Of a DNA stretch of 64,000 nt, positions 1-8,780 are shown piece after piece. The DNA comes from an uncultured Methanomassiliicoccales archaeon (GTDB lineage: Archaea > Thermoplasmatota > Thermoplasmata > Methanomassiliicoccales > UBA472). Numbering within the stretch: position 1 is the stretch's first letter; every line of letters starts with the position of its first letter. The DNA lies in the NCBI GenBank assembly GCA_963695345.1, contig OY968769.1, forward strand, positions 576,001 to 640,000, read 5' to 3'. The notes beneath the pieces were generated by a model, which saw only the letters and a program-made list of their open reading frames with translations, had not been told where the DNA came from and did no database searches. Both the position numbers and the translations under genes were made by a program.

Positions 1-309
1 GAGATCGAGCTCCAGGCCGTCCTTGCGTTGAAGCATTTGGCTGATGTTATCGTCTTCGTCCTTGACCCTTCAGAAACGTCCGGTTACTCCTACGAAAAGC
101 AGTTGCACCTACTGGAATCGATCAAGAAATCGTTCGAAGGCATCCCGATGATCGAGGTCGAGAACAAGGTCGACCTGGTCCGCACCGACAGCGATCGCAT
201 CAAGATCTCGGCCATGGCCGGAGAGAACTTGGACGAGCTAAGGGATGAGATCGTCAAGGTCCTTAAATCGACAGAGGCGGCGGCCCTCCCGATGGAGCCG
301 CTGGCGTAA
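1..309 (+). CDS. NOG1/Obg-family GTPase, C-terminal part (truncated by window edge)
   Basis: Open from position 1; IELQAVLALKHLADVIVFVLDPSETSGY and the NKVD G4 motif are typical of archaeal NOG1-like GTPases. Confidence 0.8.
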   Translation, partial: EIELQAVLALKHLADVIVFVLDPSETSGYSYEKQLHLLESIKKSFEGIPMIEVENKVDLVRTDSDRIKISAMAGENLDELRDEIVKVLKSTEAAALPMEPLA

Positions 310-338
310 AACAATCTCTTGTTTCAGGGGATGCGGGA

Positions 339-3300
339 TTGAAGGAACTCGCCTGCAGCGACAGCATGAAGCGGTACTTCCAGGACATGTACCGCGAGAA
401 CGACCGTTGCTATGAGATAGCGAAGCTGGCGCGCGAGCAGGGCTTCGATCCGGAAACGTTCGTGGAGATCCCCCAGGCAGAGGACCTGGCGGCCCGGGTC
501 GAGCAACAGCTCTCCGATTGGCATGTGGAGGGGGTGGCGGAGCGGATACGTGAGCTGAGCCTCACCCATGAAAGCCGGGAGGAGGTCTCCCTGCTGGTGG
601 CCAAGGAAGTGGCTAAATTCCCGGCCAAGACCCGAGAGGAGGCGCTTGATCGGGCGGTGCGTGTCGGTCTTTCGGTGCTGACCGAGGGGATCCTGGTGGC
701 ACCTATCGTTGGGATAGGGGCGGTCAAGATCGGCACCAATGGTGATGGCACGGAGTATGTTTCTGTTTTCTTCAATGGACCGATCAGGGCCGCCGGCGGT
801 ACTGGCCAGGCCATGAGCGTCCTGATCGCCGATGTCGTCCGGCGTGAATTCGGCATCGGAAAGTACGTGCCCACTTTCCAGGAGGTGGAACGGCTGAAGG
901 AGGAGATCCCGCTCTACAAGATGAAGCAGCATCTCCAGTATCTGCCGTCGAACGAGGAGATCGAGCTGATCTACAAGAACTGCCCGGTCTGCGTGGATGG
1001 GGAGAAGACCGAGGACGCCGAGATATCTGGTTTCCGCGACCTGCCGCGCATCGGCACCAACGCGGTCCGGGGGGGCGTGGCACTGGTAATCTCGGAAGGC
1101 CTGTGCCTGAAGGCCCCGAAGCTGGAGAAGCACGTCAAGAACCTGAAGATGGACGGTTGGGACTTCATCTCGGAGTACAACAAGATGAAGAAAGGTTCCG
1201 GGGACAAGGGAGACAACAAGATCAAGCCGGACTTCAAGTACCTCAAGGACATGCTGGCGGGACGCCCGGTTCTGAGCCACCCCTCCCGGCCCGGGGGGCT
1301 CCGTCTGCGATACGGGAGAGGCAGGACCACCGGACTGGCGGCCCTCGCGGTCAGCCCGGCGACCATGCGTGCGGTCGACGATTTCCTGGCCATCGGCACC
1401 CAGATCAAGATCGAAAGGCCGGGTAAGGCGGGCGCGATAACCCCGTGCGATTCGATCGAGGGACCGATACTGCTGCTCAAGAACGGAGACCTGATCCAGG
1501 CCAACACCATGGCCGAGGCCGATGCGGTCAAATCGGAGATCGTGGAGATCGTCGATCTGGGTGAGGTTCTGCTCCCTTTCGGCGAGTTCGTGGAGAACAA
1601 CCACGTGCTGGTGCAGGGAGACTACACCATCGAATGGTACAAGCAGGAGCTCCTGGCCGCGAGCGACTGGCAGCTTCCCGATGATTGGCGGGACCCGGTC
1701 ACGTTCGAAAGGGCGCTGGAGATCTCGAAGAAGTACCAGGTACCGCTCCATCCCAACTACAACCTCTTCTGGTATGATATCAAGGTACCGGAACTGCTGA
1801 AGCTGCGCGACCACCTGCTCGATGAGGGGAGATGGATCAACCGTTCCCTGGCGGTGCGCATCGAGCCGGGTACAAAGCGCACCATGGAGAATCTGGGCGC
1901 CCTGCATACGGTCTATGGCGATGACCTCATCCTGACCAAGTACGCCTGGCCGCTGATGGCTGGGCTGGGCCTGGGGATCGAAGGGGAGCGAGTGGTCGCC
2001 ACATCGATGCTGGCCGGTGAAGGACCGCTGGATGCCGTCTCGGCAGTCGATGGGGGTGACGGTCAGGGCCAGGGCGGTGACCCGCATAGGGACCAGGATG
2101 GCCCGGCCGGAGAAGGCCAAGGAGAGGTTGCTCAGCCCCCCGCCCCACGCCCTCTTCCCCGTGGGCACGGCGGGCGGGGCCCAGCGTTTCATCGATACGG
2201 TGGCCCGTTCGGCCCAATCGGACAAGAAGGACGAGAACGGCAGGACCTTCTCCAGGAAGAAGGCGGGCGCGGTGAACGCCTCGGTAGGATTGCGGGTCTG
2301 CCCGGAATGCGGGGCCAACACCATCCTGTGCCGATGCGACTGCGGCGCCCACACGGTGCCCCGGGACAAACCCCAGGTGACCTCCATCCCGGTGGACGAG
2401 CTGTTGGAGAAGGCGGCGGAGAGGGTCAACGAGCCGATGCCGGAGAAGATCAAGGGAGTGATCGGGCTGATCTCCAAGAACCGCACCCCGGAACCGCTGG
2501 AGAAGGGCATCCTGAGGTGGAAGCACGGCATCCACGTGAACAAGGACGGCACCATCCGCTACGACATGACCGACGTGCCCCTGACCCACTTCCGTCCCCG
2601 GGAGATCGGCCTTTCGGTGGACAGGGCGAAGGAGCTCGGATACGAGCGCGATGCCCACGGCCTGCCGCTGACCGACGGAGAACAGGTATGCGAACTGAGG
2701 GTCCAGGACATCGTCCCGGCCAAGGTCTGCGGCGATTACCTGGTGAAGGTGGCCGCCTTCGTCGACGACGAGCTGGAGAAGTTCTACGGCCAGCCGCGCT
2801 ACTATAACGCCCGGACCAGGGAGGACCTGATGGGAGCGCTGGCGATCGGTCTCGCGCCGCACACCTCCGGAGGCATCCTGTGCCGGATAATCGGGTTCAC
2901 CGAGGCACATGTCTGTTACGGACATCCGTTCTTCCATGCCGCCAAGAGGCGGAACGCGGACGGTGACGAGGACAGCGTCTCCCTGCTGCTGGACGGCCTG
3001 CTGAACTTTTCCCGGGGCTACCTCCCGGATTCGCGCGGCGGCCTGATGGATGCCCCACTGGTTCTCGCCACCCGGCTGGACCCGAACGAGATCGACAAGG
3101 AGGCGCACAACGTGGACGTGCTCTGGGAATATCCCCTGGCGTTCTACGAGGCGACCATGGCCATGAAGGCCCCGAAGGAGGTCCAGGACAGCATGGACCT
3201 GGTCGGCGGGAGGATCAAGTCGCTGCTGCAGTATGAGGGCTTCGGATACACCCACGACACCAACGACATTGCGGAAGGCCCGGTCTTCAGTGCGTACAAG

Positions 3301-3879
3301 ACGCTCGGCTCGATGATGAACAAGCTCCAGGCCCAGTTCGTCCTGGCGAAGGAGATCAGGGCGATCGACAAGATGGATGTCGCGCACCGCATCGTCACCA
3401 AGCACTTCATGCCCGACCTGATCGGCAACCTGGGCGCATTCTCCGGGCAGAAGGTCCGCTGCACCAAGTGCGGCAAGATCTACCGGCGGGTGCCGCTGAC
3501 CGGCAAATGCTATTGCGGCAACAACCTGACCATGACGGTGGCCGAGGGGAGCGTCAAGAAGTATCTCAGGATCACCAAGCTGATCGGCAAGGAATATGGC
3601 CTGCCGAACTATACCAGGCAGCGCATCGGTTTGATGGAGAGCTCGATCCAGTCGATGTTCGGCGGAGAGATCGACGACGAGGACATCTCGATCGACGATT
3701 TCATCCTGGAGAAGGAGAGCGCCAAACTGAAGGGCAAGAAGAAGTCGAACATGGTCTGCTCGCTGGACATCTATGACGGGGCCGGCTGCGAGGAAGAGCC
3801 GGCATCGGAAGAGAGCATCGATGACTTCTCCGCGGAAGAACCGGAGGAAACGGACGAAAGCCCCAGGCTGGATGATTGA
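339..3879 (+). CDS. polC: DNA polymerase D large subunit DP2 (one apparent frameshift near 2050)
   Basis: ORFs 339..2807 and 2017..3879 together carry the DP2 motifs GPIRAAGGT, RLRYGR, GTIRYD, KRRNxDGDED and a C-terminal CxxC zinc finger. Confidence 0.95.
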
Positions 3880-3912
3880 GAATAGAAAAATTAGGAAATT
3901 GGTTTTAGGGGT

Positions 3913-4755
3913 TTAGGCCGCTTCCAAGGTGGAGATGAGCTCCCGGAAATCCTCGAACTTCTGTTCCAGGATCGCGAGCGCCTTTACCAGTGCCTGCTTG
4001 GCGGTGACCGAGCCGTCCGTCTCGAACTCGAACACGAACTTGTTCTTGTCGCCTTCGACCTTGACCGCCTTGCTGTTCTTGCAGACATCGACGCAGGCCA
4101 TGCACATGGTGCAGGCGGCCTCGTTGACCACCGCTACCTTTCCGTCCTTCTTGGCGAAGACCTTCTTGGGGCAGACATCGATGCAGGCGCCGCCATTGTC
4201 GCATTTGGAGAGGTCGATCTTGACGCTCGGCAGATACTTGTAGCCGACACCCGAGGTGGCCTGCCACTTGGCGTGCTTATGTCCGATGCCCAGTTCAGCG
4301 GAGGCGTAGACCAGGATGGCCTGTCCCGCTCCCAGCCTGACGATCGGGATGAGCTGGTCCTTGACCCGGTACTCCTCCGAGCCCAGCGGCTCCAGGTCGC
4401 CGGAGTACACTTCGCATGGCCCCTTCTTGTTGAGGGAGTACATGATGGTGCAGCTCGGGCATCCTTCGCCGGCGCAGGTACACGCGTCCTTGGGGACGAA
4501 CAGGCTCGGATCGGATGGGATCGGGACCAGTCCCAGCCGGTGCGACACTATCTCGTCGAACAGGGGGCTGACGCTCTCGAACTCGTTCCCTTCCTCGTCC
4601 CTTATCGGGCCGAGGTGGAACTCCACCGTCTCGATGGCCATCTTCGGGATCTCGGAGATGAGCACCCGGCGGAGCGCGTTGGCCTCCTCCGGGGTAGCGT
4701 CCGAGACCAGGAACTTGGCCTGGTGTTCGGTCATCTCGATTATCTTCACGTCCAT
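3913..4755 (-). CDS. rpoD: DNA-directed RNA polymerase subunit D (Rpo3) with Fe-S domain
   Basis: ANALRRVLISEIP, HRLGLVPIP, HAKWQ, ferredoxin-like Cys motifs; last gene of the S13-S4-S11 operon. Confidence 0.95.
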   Translation of the reverse strand: MDVKIIEMTEHQAKFLVSDATPEEANALRRVLISEIPKMAIETVEFHLGPIRDEEGNEFESVSPLFDEIVSHRLGLVPIPSDPSLFVPKDACTCAGEGCPSCTIMYSLNKKGPCEVYSGDLEPLGSEEYRVKDQLIPIVRLGAGQAILVYASAELGIGHKHAKWQATSGVGYKYLPSVKIDLSKCDNGGACIDVCPKKVFAKKDGKVAVVNEAACTMCMACVDVCKNSKAVKVEGDKNKFVFEFETDGSVTAKQALVKALAILEQKFEDFRELISTLEAA

Positions 4756-4767
4756 GTTTGGAACCTC

Positions 4768-5151
4768 TTACACCCTTCTTCCCCTGCGGCCACCCTTCTT
4801 CTTGGTGCCGTCGTGCGGGACCGGAGTGACATCCTCGATGCGGCCGATCTTCATGCCGGCACGGGCCAGTGCACGGATCGCGGCCTGAGCGCCCGGACCG
4901 GGCGAGGCGGACTTGTTGCCGCCTGGAGCGCGCACCTTGACATGTATGCCCTCGATGCCCTTCTCCTTGGCGATCTCGGCGACCCTCTCCGCCGCCCTCA
5001 TGGCGGCGTACGGCGAGGATTCGTCCTTGGCCTGCTTCACGACCATACCGCCAGTGGCCTTGGTTATGGTCTCTGCACCGGTTATGTCCGTGAGCGTTAT
5101 TATTATGTTGTTGTAGCTCGCGAAGACGTTAGCTATACCCCATTTGCCCAT
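4768..5151 (-). CDS. rps11: 30S ribosomal protein S11
   Basis: [34 protein letters not shown]. Confidence 0.97.
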   Translation of the reverse strand: MGKWGIANVFASYNNIIITLTDITGAETITKATGGMVVKQAKDESSPYAAMRAAERVAEIAKEKGIEGIHVKVRAPGGNKSASPGPGAQAAIRALARAGMKIGRIEDVTPVPHDGTKKKGGRRGRRV

Positions 5152-5886
5152 TTACTGTGCCCCCTTGTCTGCTGGAAGATCGAGCGGAACTGCCGGCGCG
5201 TTGATGGACGCTGCGGCTGCCGCGGCCTCCTTCGGGACCTTCTTGACGAACTTCGGCTTGCCGAATCCGCCGCCGCCCCTGCCTCCGAACTTGCCGCCTC
5301 TCCTGTCCTCGAACTGCGGCTCCCTCTTGGGCTTCTTGGCGCGCAGCTCCAGGGCCTCCTGCTGCGAGATGCGCAGCGGGTGGGTGTCGTTGGCGATCGG
5401 CGAGCGGGGGTTGATGACGATCTTGTCCTCTTCACCGCGGGTGACTATGTAGCCGGGTATGGTGACCTTGCGTTCATCGATGGCGACATGGCCGTGGATG
5501 ATGAACTGGCGTGCCTGACCGGGGGTGATGGCGAATCCCTTGCGCATCACGATGGTCTGGAGGCGGCGCTCGAGCATAGACTTGGTCTGTAGACCGAGCA
5601 CATCATCGAGGGTGGCGCCCTCCATCGGCAGGAGTCCGATCCTGGCGCAGCTCGCGAGCAGGTTCCTGGCTTCCAGCTTTGCCTGCTCCTCGCCGGTCCT
5701 GGTGCGGGCCTGCAGGTCCCTGGACTGCTTTCTCAGGTCCCTTACCTGGGTCTTTGCCTTCCAAAGCTCCCTCTTGTTCTTCAGGCCGTATTCCTTTACG
5801 ACGATTGCCTCTTCCTTGATACGCTCGCCCTGCCACGGGTGGGAGGGGGTGTTAAAGGATTTGCGTGGAAATTTAGGGTCTCCCAT
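5152..5886 (-). CDS. rps4: 30S ribosomal protein S4 with C-terminal extension
   Basis: MGDPKFPRK...YGLKNKRELWK, LERRLQT, ARQFIIHGH. Confidence 0.95.
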   Translation of the reverse strand: MGDPKFPRKSFNTPSHPWQGERIKEEAIVVKEYGLKNKRELWKAKTQVRDLRKQSRDLQARTRTGEEQAKLEARNLLASCARIGLLPMEGATLDDVLGLQTKSMLERRLQTIVMRKGFAITPGQARQFIIHGHVAIDERKVTIPGYIVTRGEEDKIVINPRSPIANDTHPLRISQQEALELRAKKPKREPQFEDRRGGKFGGRGGGGFGKPKFVKKVPKEAAAAAASINAPAVPLDLPADKGAQ

Positions 5887-5895
5887 GGTAACACC

Positions 5896-6576
5896 TTATT
5901 TCTTGGCTTCCTTCGGCGCAGCCGGTGCCGATTTCTTCTCTTCCTTGTCGCCACCGCCGCCCTGCTGCTGAAGCCTCTGCCTCATGACACCCAGGGTCAG
6001 TCCGGTCCTTCCGTTCGACCTTGTGCGCTGGCCGCGGACCTTCTGGCCCGTTTCATGCCTTACGCCGCGGTAGGTCTTGATCATCTTCATCCGGTTGATG
6101 TCGTCCTTCAGCATGACGTCCTGGTCGATGCCGACCACGTGCATGTCGTCACCGGTCTCGAGGTCGTTCTGCCGGTTGATGGCCCATGTCGGGGCGTAGT
6201 CGGCGTAGGTGGAGATCAGACTCTCCATCTCCTCGATCTTCTCGTCACTGACGTTACCGATCTTCTCGGTCCTGGAGACGGCCGCCTTCTTGACAATGAT
6301 GTCAGCGACGCGCTTGCCGACGCCCTTCACTCCCTGAATGGCGATGATGACCGGCTTCTCTCCGTCCAGGTCGGTGTTGACGATACGGACGATGTATTTG
6401 AAGTTGGCATTCTCATGCTTGATGATGGCCTTGGTCGGCTCCTTCTTTTCAGCAGGTTCCGCCTTTGCTCCCTTATCATCTTTCTTATGGCCATCCTTGC
6501 CCTCCTTCTTTTCCTTCTGGGGCTTCTCGGCCTTCTGCGACTCTTCGTTCTTTGGTTCTTTTTCCTTGTCAGCCAA
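5896..6576 (-). CDS. rps13: 30S ribosomal protein S13 with Lys/Glu-rich N-terminal extension
   Basis: FKYIVRIVNTDLDG, YRGVRHETGQKVRGQRTRSNGR; probable TTG start at 6576 preceded by GGAGG. Confidence 0.93.
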   Translation of the reverse strand: MADKEKEPKNEESQKAEKPQKEKKEGKDGHKKDDKGAKAEPAEKKEPTKAIIKHENANFKYIVRIVNTDLDGEKPVIIAIQGVKGVGKRVADIIVKKAAVSRTEKIGNVSDEKIEEMESLISTYADYAPTWAINRQNDLETGDDMHVVGIDQDVMLKDDINRMKMIKTYRGVRHETGQKVRGQRTRSNGRTGLTLGVMRQRLQQQGGGGDKEEKKSAPAAPKEAKK

Positions 6577-6589
6577 AGGTATTCCTCCG

Positions 6590-6780
6590 GTGTACTGCAG
6601 ATCCAATGATTCTGAATCTCCCCTCTTTGGAGTATCGACCACGGCGCTCAAACGCGACGGGGACAGTTCCCATCTCTGGATAGGGGTCCAGTCCGGGAAC
6701 CGATCGCCCTAAGGGGCGACCGCTCCGAGCACATTAGGTGCTCTGGTAGGACTCAGTCAATCCCTAATCTATATATAAGG
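6590..6780 (-). promoter_or_regulatory. Promoter (TATA box TTATATAT at 6771-6778) and long structured 5' leader of the rps13 operon
   Basis: AAACCTTATATAT BRE/TATA-like element on the minus strand; hairpins at 6727-6743, 6702-6721 and 6666-6700. Confidence 0.55.
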
Positions 6781-6949
6781 TTTGTCCGAGCCGGGCCATT
6801 GGTTCTATGTCGGTATCGCCTGCCCGTTATTAATCATTTCATGACTGGTCGTTCACCATATCGTGTCTTGTGACGGACCAACGAACCTTTGGTGGATGCC
6901 TGTGGCTTTTCCGCCTCAGAAGTATTAATATCCCGGAAATCAACGAATA

Positions 6950-8671
6950 ATGGATATCATGACCGATAGCGCAGAGAATGGCGGAAAGGCTCGGGCTTTG
7001 GCAGTGTTTACGGTATCCGCGTTGGTTCTGGCGTCTTTTCTCGTTCTGTTGGGTGCGGGCATCGGGCAGGCCGCCTCCCCCTCGGATGAGGCCTCGCTGG
7101 CAAGCAGATACGCTCCCACGCTGCAGTTCTCCCATGCTGAGAGGACCTACCCTTGCGACATCGAGTTCTTCGTGTCACGATGCAACCTGAACCTGAGCTC
7201 CGGGACTTCCCAGAGCTTGGCGGCTGCCGAGGGGACCTTTTCAGCCTTAGATCTCGGATCGTACAGCGGGACGTCACATTATCTGGACAACACGGTCGGC
7301 ACGAACAAGGATGACCGGATCATCAACGACTATCAGAACAGCAAGGACGAATGGACGCAGACCGTGTATTGGCATATCGGGACCTCAGGGGGCACCACCT
7401 ACATCCAATACTGGATGTTCTACGTGTTCAACGAGGGGACCTTCAACAACCATGAGGGCGACTGGGAAATGGTCCAGGTGAACCTCGATTCGACCATGAA
7501 GGCCGAGAGCGTTGGGTTCAGCCAACACAACAACGGCGTGAGCGCGGCCTGGTCGGACGTGGAGAAGAACGGAGATAGCCCCATCAGCTATGTGGCCAAG
7601 GGCAGCCATGCGAACTATCTCCGGTCATACCAAGGGAAGCTGGGGTTCGCGCAGGACGTGGTCGACGGCAGCGGCAAGAGGCTCACCCTGAGCGATTACA
7701 CCCTGGTGAGACTGGATAACTCGCTGGGATGGACCGAGTTCGCCGGCGCCTGGGGGAACTGGGGGGACCCGACCGATTCCTTCATGGGCCAGCGGGGACC
7801 GCCTGGGCCGCAGTTCCGGGTCAGCGATACCGGCACCACCATGTGGGATGGAGCGATCTGGGTTGCATCTATCTCCTCCCTGAACAACAACATGCTGACG
7901 ATAGAGCTGCTTCTCTCCTACATCTGGCCCATATTCATTGTGATCCTAGCGATACCGGTGGCCTTCTTGGTTCTCCGCATCTACAGAAAATCGAAACGGC
8001 ATGAGCTGAAGCGGCCGTATAACGAGCTGATCAATTTCCGAGGCTCGAACCTGAGGACGGCGGCGAACTTCCTGGCCATCGTCGGGATAGTGGTCGGTCT
8101 GGTATCGGCGTTCTTCCCGTACTACACCGCCTCCGCCAACGTCCAATCCGGCTCGCTGAACACCCAAGGCTATGTGGACATATTCTCCATAGACGGCTGG
8201 AACGGGGTCCGGGTGAATACGCTCGATCCGGACATGGGGGTCACCCAGCTGACCGCTGTACCGATCCCGTTTGGGGTCCTCATCCTGGCCATGGCCATAT
8301 TGTTCGTGATCGGAATGACGGCGCTGGATGAACGTAAGGTCCGCGGGAGATATCTGGGAAGAGGGGTCCGACTGATAATCCCGCTGTTCCTGACGATCCT
8401 GGCGGTGATGGCCATCGAAAGCATCCTGCCCTATGTGAACCCGGTCCCCGATTCGACATATGCCATGGACGCCCTCCGCACGATGGCCCAGAGCCCGTTG
8501 GGAGGAACATCGGGCTCGTTCGCATACCCGCCGTTCGGCACGGTCCAACTGAGATGGGGCATCGGCATCGGACTGATACTGATGGTGCTGGCTGGGGTGA
8601 TGCTGATCATCGGAGGATTGCTCCAAGGTTATGCCGTCAAGCAGGAGGGAGCCCAGACCCGGCGGACATGA
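6950..8671 (+). CDS. Membrane protein with extracellular Vps62/DUF946-like domain and several C-terminal TM helices
   Basis: Signal-peptide-like N-terminus; YAPTLQF, YIQYWMFYVFN..NHEGDWE, YVAKGSHANY, FAGAWG...GPPGP; about 5 hydrophobic segments. Confidence 0.7.
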   Translation: MDIMTDSAENGGKARALAVFTVSALVLASFLVLLGAGIGQAASPSDEASLASRYAPTLQFSHAERTYPCDIEFFVSRCNLNLSSGTSQSLAAAEGTFSALDLGSYSGTSHYLDNTVGTNKDDRIINDYQNSKDEWTQTVYWHIGTSGGTTYIQYWMFYVFNEGTFNNHEGDWEMVQVNLDSTMKAESVGFSQHNNGVSAAWSDVEKNGDSPISYVAKGSHANYLRSYQGKLGFAQDVVDGSGKRLTLSDYTLVRLDNSLGWTEFAGAWGNWGDPTDSFMGQRGPPGPQFRVSDTGTTMWDGAIWVASISSLNNNMLTIELLLSYIWPIFIVILAIPVAFLVLRIYRKSKRHELKRPYNELINFRGSNLRTAANFLAIVGIVVGLVSAFFPYYTASANVQSGSLNTQGYVDIFSIDGWNGVRVNTLDPDMGVTQLTAVPIPFGVLILAMAILFVIGMTALDERKVRGRYLGRGVRLIIPLFLTILAVMAIESILPYVNPVPDSTYAMDALRTMAQSPLGGTSGSFAYPPFGTVQLRWGIGIGLILMVLAGVMLIIGGLLQGYAVKQEGAQTRRT

Positions 8672-8780
8672 ACTTACCCAAGAAGTAAATGAACGCAACG
8701 GTGCCAGGCGATGCTGGCAACCCTTGCCCTTCACGATCGAACCAACGATAGTTCGATCAGAAATGAAAATGGAAGGTGTT

